From Tubiluchus corallicola (lineage: Eukaryota > Animalia > Priapulida), in the NCBI GenBank assembly GCA_030141605.1, contig JAQGDQ010000634.1:1-64000 (forward strand): DNA of 64,000 nucleotides, written 5' to 3'. How positions within the stretch are numbered: position 1 is the stretch's first letter; every line of letters begins with the position of its first letter. A program made the translations under genes and the position numbers. Below, in pieces: positions 15,401 through 27,855 of the stretch. The notes below the pieces were generated by a model. That model did no database searches and was not told where the DNA came from. It saw nothing but the letters and a program-made list of their open reading frames with translations.

Positions 15401-18400
15401 TTTATAATATATATTACTGCAGTAGTATAAGGATTACGCACTTACTTGTAAAGTTTAAAGCAGCAGCTGGACTGTTAGTTTCAGAAAATTTGTTATGAAA
15501 TTACTGCTTAGTAAAAAAATGAAAATATATAAAAATTTAGCTGAGATGATATTAGCAATTTCACGTGACTAACATACTTTCCCACTGAAGTTGACAGCAC
15601 GTATTATAATGATTGTGATTTCTTCAAAGTATAAGATAATGACTGAGTTGTATTGTACATAGGAAAATTTGACTGGTGCTATTCACTTGGAAAAAGTACG
15701 CTTCTGCTATCCAACTCGCCCAGATACTACTGTATTGAAGAACATTACTCTGGGTGTTGAACCAGGGCAAACTCTGGACTGTTAGTTTCAGAAAATTTGT
15801 TATGAAATTACTGCTTAGTAAAAAAAATGAAAATATATAAAAATTTAGCTGAGATGATATTAGCAATTTCACGTGACTAACATACTTTCCCACTGAAGTT
15901 GACAGCACGTATTATAATGATTGTGATTTCTTCAAAGTATAAGATAATGACTGAGTTGTATTGTACATAGGAAAATTTGACTGGTGCTATTCACTTGGAA
16001 AAAGTACGCTTCTGCTATCCAACTCGCCCAGATACTACTGTATTGAAGAACATTACTCTGGGTGTTGAACCAGGGCAAACTCTGGCTCTTGTGGGTAGTA
16101 GTGGTTGTGGAAAGAGCACAATAACACAGCTGTTGTTGAGATTCTATGATCCCCAGGAGGGCTATCTGGTGTGTAAGAGAGTTATTATAATCTTCCATTT
16201 ACTAGTGTGAACATAAAACAGTGCGTTTTCATTAAGCATTCATTTTGAAACCATTTACTATAGCTGAAATGATAGTATTCTACTGAAGTTAGCCTTTTAT
16301 TTTCCACAGTATACAAAAAAATCACATTGTACAAACTGCGGCTTAACACTTTGCTTATGTGTGTTATGGTGAAATTTAAATTTCTAATGTATATACATTC
16401 TAATAATATTATTTTTTGCTCAGTTAACCCAGCTCAGCTTAATTCAATTAAGTTTATTTCATGTGACTTTTGCCAATCAAAAAGATTTGTACAGTTTTTT
16501 TTGGTGCAGCGACAGAGTTGCGGATGACAGTCTAGTGACTTTGTAGACTTCTTGGCATTTTTTAAATGGAAGTTTATCATTTTGCTTAGTTTAATAGACC
16601 TGAATTCATAATGTAATTATTGACAGTCCTTGTGTTTTAATACTACAATATTCAGTTCTGTTCAGCTCAGTTCATTTTAGTTCAGTTCAGTTCCACTCAT
16701 TTCAGTTATTTTCTGTTCCACTCCATGTAGTTACATTTTCTTCCTTTTAATTAACTTCAGTTCACTTAGGTTCAGCTCACTTCAGTCCAGTTTAATTAAC
16801 TTTACTTTATTTCATTTCCATTTCTTCAATTCACTTCATTTGAGCTCAGTTTAGTTTACTTCAATAACAAGCATTTCATTTCAGCTCATTTGGGTTTAGT
16901 TTGATTCACTTCATTTCGTCCCAGTTCATTTGAATTCAGTTCAACTCTATTTTCTTCTATTCACTTCATTTGAGCTGAATTGAGTTCACCTTGCTGAGCT
17001 TTATTCAATTCAGCTTGGCTTCATTTGCTTTATTTCATTCCGTTTTGCTTCATTTCAGTTTAGTTTATTTAAGCTTACTTCCAATGATTGTGCAAATAAA
17101 TGAAGAACAGTTAGGGCTACAGTCACACAGCAAGTTAGTCAATTAATACCAAGTAGGTCACCTTTGTTGACCAATGCTGTCTTGTTTGCATTTGGATTAG
17201 GACTTCCTTTTGGAACACGTAAAAGAGGATGCTTTTATTTTTCTATGTAACAAGGATAATCTCATTGTTGCTGTTTTTAGGAGCCATTTTCATTAACGCA
17301 TTAAAGTCCAGAGTATATGGAAGACAGCATACTTGCAAAATTATTATATCTACCAGTTAGAACTAACAACAGTGCACCTTGTTTTGGCCCAATGAAACAT
17401 TTATTAATATTGCCATTATTTCGTGTGTTATATTAGCGGTAATTGTTCTACAGGCTGTCGATGGCTATGATATTCGCTTTGTCAACATTGGTTGGTTGCG
17501 GAGTGTCGTAAGCATTGTCAGTCAGGAGCCAGTCTTGTTTGACACAACAATTAGCAAGAACATCAACTACGGAGTCGAGGAAGAGCTGCCATACGAAGAC
17601 ATCGTGAAAGCTGCTAAAATTGCAAACATTCATGAATTCATTATGACACTGCCTGATGTAAGCAAATTTGTCACATATATTATTTATGTGTGTTCATGAT
17701 ATGTACTTATTATATAGGTATTGCAACACAGATAGGCCTCCCCCAGCAAGGTAGAGCACTGACCGCTAATGCATTTTACTGCATTTTAGACCATTTTTGT
17801 GGCTGCTACAAGCTATTTCCTCAAGCAAGTTCACTAGTTTAAAACTCATTATGTCATCTTAAATTTGTGCCTTATAATTACACACGAATATATTGGTCAG
17901 GGCTCGAATACCTGGATTTGCATCGCACTTCACTTCGTAAATTATTGCCATTGCTCCCCGTTTTAGTCTAGCACGGACTGCTGCACAAAAACGTTTGTGT
18001 TTTCACTTCAGATTATGAAAGTATGTATGTATAATAACAGTAAATAAGTTTAATGGATTCATTCATGCATCACAAATTATGCTGAAAAAACTTTATGTAT
18101 TATACCAAACTGTTTAAATTCACTGTTAAAATCTTTTTATGTAAAGCCACTTCTATCCAATAGTTGTGTAACTTGATATTAACCACCCCACTGTCTGGAG
18201 TAACTTGTAATGAAACAATCTGATTTTGATAATGATTGTCACAATAAATTAATACATTAGCTACAAAGGGCAGACGTGTGTCATTATTTGGAATTTAAAT
18301 TTCAAAAAGAAAACAAACAATTTTTACCACTGATTAAAAAGCAGAAATTTCGAAAATTAAGCAGAAGTTGTGCTTCATAAATTAAATTTGTGAGTGTAAT

Positions 18401-21400
18401 GGGTGCTTAACTTTACACAACATACAGAAACAAGAAGTTATCAGTTTGCTTCGAAATTTTAGAACAAACGTGGTTTGCATGGGTGTAACTGTGCCAAAAC
18501 AGCGATCAGGCTAGGCGGCGCTTAAAAAGCAGGTTGCAAAGTAAAGTAAAGTGCAACTGGTCCTGCACTTTCATGATTATCTTTTCTTGCTAGATTATAA
18601 TCTGTACTTGTACTTCATTCACTCTATGTAATGAAAGTGATCTGTTTACCTTGAAATCATGTTTACCATAAATGTGATAGGATAACATGTACATTGTCTA
18701 TAGATTAATCCAAGGCATTCGAATAAGTGACTACTCTCTGAATTGAAATGATTGATGAGACCTCGTTTTCCATGTGGATTTTTGCTGTTGCATTTGTGTA
18801 TATATCCCTCAATATATCAATGTAGATCTTGTTAACACCGAAGTTTGTTAAGGTACCAAGAAAAGCTTCGTGTTCCACCGAGTAGAAGGCCTTTTCAAAG
18901 TCTATGTATCCAATATTCAATTTGATTTTATATTCTTTACAATTCGATATCAGATTATTTACTGAGTGGAGATGATCACAGGTAGAATAACCGTGTCTAA
19001 AACTAGCTTGCTCCCGGGGTTGGTATCCATCTAGCTGGTTTCCTATTCTGTTTTGCAGTACTCTGGTGAACAGCTTGTAAAGGTAAATTCGTCTAGAATT
19101 TCCGAGAATATAGTCATACTGAGATCTTGATCTGCTGTTTGGGTGTTCCCAGGTCCAGTATCTTTTCTGATTTTTCTTGAAAAGGATGTTAGCAATGATT
19201 AAACCCTGTGATGATGCAAAGTCCAGGAGTTTTTGGCCACAGTCATTCCGAATACCATCTCTAAATTTTCCAAGGCATGTGTATTGTTCATTTGGTAATG
19301 CTACGCCAACTCGACCGTTAAAGTCGCCTATCAGTATCTTATACTCAGTTTACCATCTTGCCAGACTTACTATCTGTCAAATGTTTTGCAGTCTTAAAGT
19401 GGGCAGTATAAAAAGTTTTGACTGTAACTGGTTTCTGTAATGAGATTGAATATGTAAATGCTGAGTTGTAATACAGTAATTCTAAATTATAAGAAAGTAT
19501 TTTAGTTCCTATCAAGTCGAAAATATATGTTGTGATAACTTAATTTGTATCAGATTTTTTGTTATACATAGTGAGCTAAACTATGGCTGTGTAATTTTAA
19601 AGCTTATAGAGTACATTGTAATTGTCATTTTTTCAACTTGTGCTGAAATGTTTTAGCTTTTCTTGTAGAGACAGCTTATCTAATTAAATATTAGCATTTA
19701 CGTTTATGTGGCAAAACATTTTCTAGTACGTGTATCTGTTTTTGTTTTTTAGATAGTAATGTTAAGTTAACATTTATGTTGTAGCAATATAATACAGTTG
19801 TGGGTGAGAAAGGCACGCAGCTGTCTGGAGGTCAGAAGCAGCGAATTGCTATAGCTCGAGCTTTAGTGCGTAATCCAGCCATTCTCATCCTAGATGAAGC
19901 CACTTCAGCTCTTGACACAGAAAGTGAACGGGTGAGAGGAGCTTTATAAAATGTTTATCATATTTTTTGCCACAATAAGATTCTCTTGTATTTAGTGGCA
20001 TTTTAACTTTAAAGATCCATTAAGAGCCGAAAACGTGATATTACTTTTAACAGTAAACATTACCATTCAAGTGCATGTACAGGGTATGTACAGTACATAA
20101 TCAAACTACAGAATGTTTGTTGACTTTCAGATGATAATGCAACTCAGTGAGCATGCTGTAGGTGCCGGGCAGCTCACATAGCTTATAGAGTTCAGTTTTA
20201 TCTTGTTAAAATAATTATTATGTTACTTTGTTGAGGTTAACTAGTGTAAAACTGATAAGGACTTTGCAGTTGATATTACAAGACTGAAGTGTAAATATTT
20301 CGCGTGTTTAAATGCTATTTTGTCAACACAGTGGCCCAAACGCAACCCAGTAGTGTCAAAACATTAATTAGTTCTTATTGTCTTCCTATTCTGTTCTAAG
20401 GGTGTGAAATTGGTGGCATTTCTGCTATAGATGCGAGTTGAGTGAGTTGGAACTGTGCATATAGAAAAACATTTGACTTTAAACAAAATGAAAGTGTAAA
20501 ACTACTTATGTTTTATTGTGGTACCATACCAGCAAATTTTTGATTGACAGTCGTAAATTGGGATTTTTAAACAAAATTCAAAGTTCCAAATCACTTGTTA
20601 TATCAAAAATGTTGTTTTATGAATGACTCTGATGTTGATTTAAGAATAAATTATGGTTTTACTCTTTGCTTTTATTTTAAAGTGAAAAAGAAGGTTAGAA
20701 AAGCATTTTATTAATGTGTAAGCAACTACATGTAGCATGATGGCAATGTGTATATTAATTTCATCATCTTTTCTTTTTTTAATAACTAACAAAAATTATA
20801 TTTTATTGTATTAATTATTTGTACTAAAATTACATTGCTGTATAAAAAATTTTATACGAATAAAAGATTAATAAAAAAAATAACAAATTCATATGCCGCA
20901 CTGCTTTGCATGAATGTAAAGACAAATCAGTAAAGAGATTTTATTGTGATTTCATTGGAACCTATTGGATTTGTTGCAAATCACAAGGAAACAGAAAACT
21001 GGTCAAGTTTAGTTATAGGGTAGTGCTGCATAACACTTGATTTTCTCAAAAATGATTACTACATGAGCAAAGTTACGTGTTTTACGGCACTGCACTTGCT
21101 GCCAAAAGATCCAGTGCACATTTGTATCACCTTGCGACATTACTTATGAAAATTTGAGATTAGTAGACAATTTTGTGTCTTAAAATAGTTGCTGACATTC
21201 AACTTCAAATAAAACTTACATTGCAAAATTGATTAACATTTTTGACAGTTCAAAAGGTAAAGAGTTAGTCACGTTTTTATATTGTTAATTTTTAAAGCCA
21301 TTTAAAGCCACACTATGCAATCCTTTATATTAATGATCTGCTACCTGAAGCGCTGTTCAGAGTCTTACAATTGTTATAATCATGCGTCTGCATTTGCTGT

Positions 21401-21751
21401 ACAAGTAAACTTCAATATGTTTACTTTTTTGTTGATTTTAGTAGTTGTTGACTTCTGCAATAAATATTTTTTGTGTTTTTTCAATGTTTGCAAAGAACCT
21501 ACTTAAGAAGTGCTGACAACTGACCATTGGTTATTGTTTATTGACAGATTGTCCAAGATGCATTAGACCGTGCTCAAGAAGGGCGGACGTGTATCATTGT
21601 TGCTCATCGGTTGTCCACAGTGCAAAATGCTGATAAAATTGCTGTAATAGATGCTGGAAGTGTTGTAGAAATAGGAACTCATATGGAATTACTTGCTATG
21701 GAAGGTGTATACTACAACCTCACAGCTAACCAAAGAATTAATTCTTCTTGA
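403..21751 (+). CDS. ABCB1: ABCB1/P-glycoprotein-like full ABC transporter, tandem copy 1 (5' part lies outside the window)
   Basis: GT-AG exons that splice into one open frame: 403-457, 1201-1314, 1635-1745, 1903-2028 (Walker [10 protein letters not shown]), 2155-2358 (Q-loop VSQEP), 2537-2707 ([19 protein letters not shown]), 2880-3081 (H-loop AHRLST), 4900-5009 (linker), 5974-6120, 6600-6704, 8799-8960, 9290-9493, 11465-11565, 12770-12910, 14718-14874, 15971-16168 (GSSGCGKST), 17454-17657, 19785-19931 ([18 protein letters not shown]), 21548-21751 (ends QRINSS-TGA). The symbol is a family-level call (ABCB1/4/5-like). Confidence 0.95.
3642..4139. mobile_element. hAT (Charlie-like) MITE
   Basis: TIRs cataggttcccaacct / aggttgggaactgctg; 8-bp TSD gtctacac/gtcaacac. 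Confidence 0.8.
5285..5600. mobile_element. hAT-type MITE (CAGGGCC..GGCCCTG-like ends)
   Basis: Ends cagagccagattt / atttggccctg; 8-bp TSD gatgttta/aatgttta; internal ggggcccc palindromes. Confidence 0.65.
6895..8275 (+). mobile_element. Internally deleted hAT transposon retaining a transposase C-terminal dimerisation-domain fragment
   Basis: TIRs cagtggcagacaggc / gcccagtctgccactg; 8-bp TSD gtgtgcgc/gtgtgtac. Peptide [39 protein letters not shown] matches the hAT SCERxFS motif. Confidence 0.9.
15467..16085 (+). repeat. 307/308-bp direct tandem duplication of intron plus the 5' half of the NBD2 Walker-A exon (copy 1 only)
   Basis: 15471-15777 is repeated at 15778-16085, differing only by A7 versus A8. 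There is 4-bp CTGG microhomology at the junction. The duplication is absent from copy 2 (about 57890-58200). Confidence 0.95.
16655..17070. repeat. Degenerate pentanucleotide (TTCAG/TTCAT/TTCAC) low-complexity array
   Basis: ttcagttcagttccactcatttcag... with 5-bp periodicity. Confidence 0.8.
18731..19358 (-). mobile_element. RTE-clade LINE remnant (3' part deleted)
   Basis: Minus-strand RT peptide [13 protein letters not shown] and endonuclease-like [23 protein letters not shown]. Only the 5'-side TSD tgccagactt (19359-19368) remains. Confidence 0.8.
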
Positions 21752-22879
21752 ATCAAAATTATTGCCACCTACTTTGTATGAAAATTTACTTATCATGGCT
21801 ACTGTTTCAATTTTAATTAAAATATTGCTGTATTTAATGCAGTTTTCCCGATTTTGCTTATTAAAAGGCATGGTGGTGCATTGTTTTATTTGTACATAAA
21901 GTTGTACTAACGTGCATTTGTTTGATATAGATCTGAAGTAAGTGCATGTTAAACTTGTTTGCAGCTTTTGATTAAGTTTACATTTAAAAACATTGTATGC
22001 GTACTAAGTTCAGATGCATTAATTGGGAATTTTCACGAGTTTTGTAATACAGAACATTCATTCATTGTTTGTTAAATTAGCTTGATTGTTGCTTATGTCA
22101 TTTTTAATTTTCATATATAGCTTAATTTAATAATATATATATCAGTATAATATATATAATATACCTCTTAGTCTGTTGCACAAAGTATGGTTGCATGTTG
22201 TTGTAAATCATGATTCTTACTGCATATCATTACTAAATATTGTTACATATCAAATTTATTTTTATAAAACCTACTGTTATGCCCATATGAAGGCAAGCAA
22301 AGTATGATGGACAGATTTTGTAAAATGTCTCCTGTTACTTTATTTTGCTTGGCAAGCCTGCTATTATGCACATTATAATGTGTGAGTGTTTAAATTACCA
22401 GTCAAAAATTTAATTTGGTTTTACATAATTTAATTTTTTTCTGTTCAACTGCTGTGATATTTGCAGATAATTCTTGAAAAAAAGGCAGAATTGTTTATTA
22501 TTAAGATTGCAGTTTTAATAATGAATGTATAATTATTTTTATAATAATATGGCTTTCAACTCCTTTTACTGTACATGCTATGTTACATTTTTATCATATA
22601 AATATACATGATTTTTGACTTGCTTTGAGCGTTAGTAAATTATAATAATAATTTATGAAATGTGTACCTGCATGTTTAGCTGCTTTGTGTTGCATTCACT
22701 ATGCATTTGTGGATTTATAATTCAAAATTGTTAAAAAACATTATTTTCTATTTTTCCATTTTTAGCTATATTTTTATATGAATTTTCATCCAGTCTGTAA
22801 ACCAAATTGTAACTTTAATCGTTGTTAATAATATCTGTGATTTGATTATAGTCTATGTATTACAAAACATTTTGTATGT

Positions 22880-22944
22880 AATAAAATTATAGTAAGCAAG
22901 TCAGAAGGCAGTAATAGTTAAGAAATTCTGTTTGGGAAAATAAA
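22880..22944 (+). terminator. Candidate polyadenylation signals of copy 1
   Basis: AATAAA at 22880 and 22939 followed by T-rich sequence, about 1.1 kb after the stop. Weak evidence in AT-rich DNA. Confidence 0.3.
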
Positions 22945-23305
22945 ACATTAATTACAGTTTTTGTGACCAATTTTGCATCTGATTTCTTTATGATATTTTT
23001 TACGTTCCTTCCTTAAAAAGCAGTAAAATAAGCCAAACTCTTTACGAATTTAGCATAGTATCAGAAAGTTGTGATTTGTCTATGTTATAATTTTTATGAA
23101 TGTTCTGCTGGTATTCATACAATTGATCATTCTTGCATCAGCTTTAAGAATAATATAAGGATAGGTCAAGTTGTATTGTGATTATTAGAAGTAGCATTGA
23201 TTGTTTTAATGATGCATACTAATTTTCTTTTAATTTATTACGATAACTTTGCTAAATTTGTTGGCTCCAAAAAATTATCATTAACGTAAAATGGCATTAC
23301 GTGAG

Positions 23306-23614
23306 TGTTGTGGAGATCTGGAATGTTCCATTGTATAGTAGAACAATCATCTTACCTTGTGGAATTTTCTGGAAGTTTCGAACTGGCGCTGATATATAAG
23401 GCGGAGCTGGCTGCTGAAGTTTAGACGCACATTCTCTGATTCTCTCACATTTTCAGATACGTTTTCACGTTTCCATATTATCACGTTTACTGTAAACATT
23501 TCACGCTCCTTCATATTTTTGTGTTGTAGAATTATTGCATAATAAACTAGTTTAATTTGAAGAAGTGTTTTCTGGTTTTCTCTACGAGCCTTCCGAGAGA
23601 AACAAAACACAACA
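23306..23614 (+). repeat. 5' LTR of the Gypsy element
   Basis: Inverted termini TGTTGTG...CACAACA; internal TATATAA near 23393. Followed by PBS-like cggcgcagtcgacagcat (23620-23637), which resembles the complement of a tRNA-Ser 3' end. Confidence 0.85.
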
Positions 23615-26600
23615 AATTTCGGCGCAGTCGACAGCATCCTTGGTGACTCAGTGAACAGTTGTTTATCCTAGCAATTATGGCAGAGCAGATGGGTGAACTT
23701 CTCAAGCTCCTCACGCAATAGATTCATATCCAGAGGGAACAGGTGGATCAGCAGGTGCAGCAGATTCATATCCAGAGAAAACAGATGGATCGGCAGGCGC
23801 AGCAGCACAAAGAAGATATGGACGCTATGAAGAGGCTGCTTCAGGCTCGAACTGCTGAAAAGGATCCCAGCTCAAGCAGCCATCTTCTACCAGCATCGGC
23901 ACTTACAGATCCTATTCCACCATTTGCTGCTTTTGATCCAACCTCTGAACTGTGGCCTGACTACTGGTCAAGATTTTGTACCTTCGTGGCAGCCAACACA
24001 GTGCCTGACCAACGCAAGGCTCGAGTTTTCCTAACAAATCAGTCTGCTGCCATCTACAAACAACTGGCGAATCTAGCGACTCAACAGTCTCCATCCAAGG
24101 ATATCAACGAACTGACAATAGACGAAATTGTGAACTTTATGTACTTTGTGAACAACGGACTTTGTGAAGGAACAGTTTGACCGAAACTCTTCATTGTGCG
24201 AGAACGTTTCAAGTTCTGGAGTGACATGCAGTGGAAGCCAGGCGAAACTCTCTAGGAGTAACAGTCCGCATATGCCAAGACGCTGCTACCTGTGACTTTT
24301 CATATATCCAAGACCCACAAGATGAAGTCTGAGGCAGAACTATATAAGCTCTGTCAACAATGAAGCTGTTTTGAAGGCTATCTTCAAAATTAAGGATGAA
24401 GATCTGACTTTCGCCCGTGCTGTCCAAGTCCCTACCGAGACTGAAGACGTGTCAAGGTTGCCAAGGAAACTATCTACGGTTCCAAAACCACTCCTGTCAA
24501 CAAAGTCAAGCTGAACCAGAACAAGGGTCAACGAAAGAACCATCAGTAGTCAAATTCCACAGACACGAATACGAAATGCTACCGTTGTGGAAAGGCCTAC
24601 AAAGTGACTGACTGTCCTTACGAAGATGCCAAGTGCCATTTCTGTGACAAGAAAGGACATTTGGAGGCTGTTTGCATGAAGAAGCAACGACAGAAACTGG
24701 ACCAAAAATCTGGAAAGTCCGTGAGGAGAATCACGAAAGATGAGCTTGCCAATGCTCCTGCGATCCTCGGTGAAATTCCCAAAGACTCTCCTAGTTTGGA
24801 TGTCGAAGTCAACATCCAAGACGGACAGTTCAGGATGGAACTTGACACTGCAACCTCGGGAAATTTCGTTTCAGTGCCGGTCTGGAAACAACTAGGAAAG
24901 CTAAAGCTGGATGACGTCAGACATCACTACGAGTCTGCCAGCAAGCACGACCTGCCAGTGCTGGGAACTTTCATATGCCAGACCAAGGATCCAAAGACTG
25001 GTAAACAAAGCTCAATTCCTTACATCGTCACCAAGATCCCTGACCTGAACCTGCTTGAATGAAACGTTATCTAGAAGCTGGGAATTTCTGTGGACAATGC
25101 TCTAGGACTGAGAAGCATAGATAGTCAAGACAAGAGCGAGGGGTAAAGACGTCCGGCGACCTCTACAACGAGATTGCCACAACCTGTGTGACGAGTTCCC
25201 ATATCTCTTCAAAGAAGAATTGGGGTGTCTTAAGGACTTCGAGCTGGAAGTGAAGTTCAAGTCTGACGTGAAGCCATTTTTCTTCGAGATGACCTGGCCA
25301 AAGGTTACGAAGAAGGCATTGCTAAAGGTGTCTGGAAGCCAGTCCAGTTCAACGAATACAGAATGCCAGTAGTACCGATTCGTAAAGCTTACACTCCGGG
25401 CACTCAAGAAGCTCAAATTGTGGATCTGTGGTGACTACTCAGTCGGCATCAATGATCAGCTAGAGGACCACCGTCATCCGATGCCACTCCCAGAGAAACT
25501 GATGCTGAAGCTGGGAGGCAGATACGGCTACACGAAGATCGACCTTGCTGATGCCTACAACCAGATTAAGCTGATACCCGAATGTCAATGCAGGCTAGCT
25601 CTCAGCACCCACTGTGTGGTACTCCCTTTCAGAATCAAGTCAGCGCCTGGTTACTTTCAGGAGATCGTGGAGAACCTAACCAGTAATCTGCCTGGAGTTG
25701 CCGTCTTCCAAGGCGATATGCTCGTCAGCGGGCAAGACTCATATGATTGCCTGAGCAACCTGAAATGCTTGCTCACTCATCCGAATGACAAAGGACTCAG
25801 ATGTCGTCGTAAAAAGTGCTTGTTCGCACAACCAATTATTGAATATCTTGGACACACCTTATTGGCCGAAGGAGTCGCAAAAAGATCCAAGGTCGAGGCA
25901 GTCATGAAGATGCCTCCTCCTACAGATGTCTCAAGCTTGAAGTCTTTCTTGGGCTCGGTTCAGTTCTACAGGAAGTTCATCCCAAACCTGGCTACTGTGG
26001 CAGAGCCTCTTTACCACTTGACCTAGAAGACAGTCCCCTGGACGTGCGGAGATGAGGAGCAAACAGTATTTGAACTGTTGAAAAATGTGCTATCCTCAAA
26101 TCAAGTCCTTGTGTATTTTGGCCCAGACAAGCCTCTGGGATTAGCTTATGATGCTTGCAACGTTGGAATTGGAGCTATCCTGTTTCATCGCTATCCGGAC
26201 GGAAGCGAGTGCCCAATTGCCAATGTGTCCAAGACTCTTACAGCTGCAGAAGGAACTACAGCCAAATACATAAGGAAGCCCTAGCCATCATCTTCGGCTT
26301 GTGGAAATTCTACCAGTACCTCTACGGGCGTCATTTCATACTGGTGACTGATCACAAGCCGCTGACATCACTCTTCGGACCGAAGAAAGGGACGCCACTT
26401 CTTGCAGCTAATCGTCTAGCTCGGTGGGCCCTGTGGCTGAACCAGTTTGACTACACCATCGAGTACCGGAAAACAGCAGATCACGGCAATGCAGATGCCC
26501 TTAGTCGCTTGCCATCTGGAGACGACACGACTTTGACGGGAGGAAAATGGTGAAGACATGGACATGGTGTGTGCCATCAAAGTTCTCAGTCTTCAAGTCA

Positions 26601-27855
26601 AGCCTGTGGATGCCAACATCCCCCGACAAGAGTCGGGGAAAGATCCAGTGCTAGCTACGGATTCACTCAGTATCTGCTTCGGATCCATGGATCAACAGTT
26701 GTGATTCCACAGAGTCTGCTGTCCAAGATCCTGGATCTACTGCATATCGGGCACTTGGCAAGAACTGCTGTCTACTGACCCGGTGTCGAGATGGCTAGCC
26801 GACGATGTGACTCACGTGAAGAACATCAAAACAAGCCATCCAAGCCTGCAGTTCATCCATGGATGCTGCCAGAGAAGCCATGGAGCCGCTTACACCTGGA
26901 TCACGCCATGAACTTCATGGGTAGGAACTGGTTGGTGATCACGGATGCTTACTCAAAGTATCCATGCATTCACCCTACATCTTCCATGTACACTAGAGCC
27001 ACTCTAGATCTGCTGGAAGAGGACTTCGCTCACTTCAGATTACCTCACGCTGGTCACAGACAATTCATCAACCTTCATGTCTGATGAGTTTCAGAGCTGG
27101 TGCAGAGAACGTGGGATCACATCTCACAGGAACACCATACCATCCAGCTACCAACAGAGCAGCAGAACGCTTGGTGCAGACATTCAAGCAAGCACTCAGG
27201 AAGTCTTCTCTGTCCCAGAAGCGAGCTCTTCAAGAGTTTCTCATGCAGTACCGGAGAACACCGACATCCTGTAGATTCTCTCCGAGTGAACTCTTGATGT
27301 CTCAGCAGATATGGACAAGGATCGACTCCTTGCTACCCTCGCCAGCGCACATCGCTCAGGGCAAGCAATCCTAGGAGTCATCTTGCTCAACCCAGATTCG
27401 AAAGGTGTCACCAAGGTCACCAAGCAGTACAAGGCTGGAGAGCCTGTCTATGCACTGTACTATGGACCTCATCGAGACGGACATCCCCGATGGGTACCAG
27501 TGGTCATCTAGAAGTCTCTGGGTAGTCGCTGCTTCATCGTTAAGGTCCTTCCTCATGGTCGTGCGGAGACAACACTGGGAACAGCTACATCCGAGCTACG
27601 CTCCTGCGGAGGACTATGAACCTGGTGATGAGACGGACTTTACTTCTCAGCTTCCACCTGATCATCCAATGGAGATCCTGGAAGAACTGCCAGAAACTCT
27701 GAAGCAGACCGAAGCACCTCGGCCCATGTCCGAGACCAAGCCGCCTGTGCCAGAGTATGGACCGGAAAACCCTAGACGATCCAAGAGAACACCCAAGCAG
27801 AGAGAGAGACTTTGTTGCTGATGCTTTGGAGACAGCATCAGTTTCGGCGGGGAGG
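23306..27855 (+). mobile_element. Decayed Ty3/Gypsy LTR retrotransposon (Mag/K02A2.6-like), 3' LTR missing
   Basis: 5' LTR, PBS, gag from ATG 23677 with two zinc knuckles (CYRCGK..C, CHFCDKKGHLEAVC), protease ELDTA, RT (CGDY, KIDLADAYNQ, degenerate FQGD), RNase H (YDAC, VTDHKPL, NADALSR), integrase (PWSRLHLD, PYHPATNRAAER), polypurine tract ggcggggagg at 27846-27855. Many stops and frameshifts. Confidence 0.95.

Noticed and set aside
19177-19440. Plus-strand ORF conserved in both copies (62565-62795)
   Set aside because: It is the antisense reading of the LINE endonuclease fragment, and its conservation reflects the duplication.
23347-23637. 96-aa minus-strand ORF
   Set aside because: It lies antisense across the LTR/PBS and has no protein-like features.
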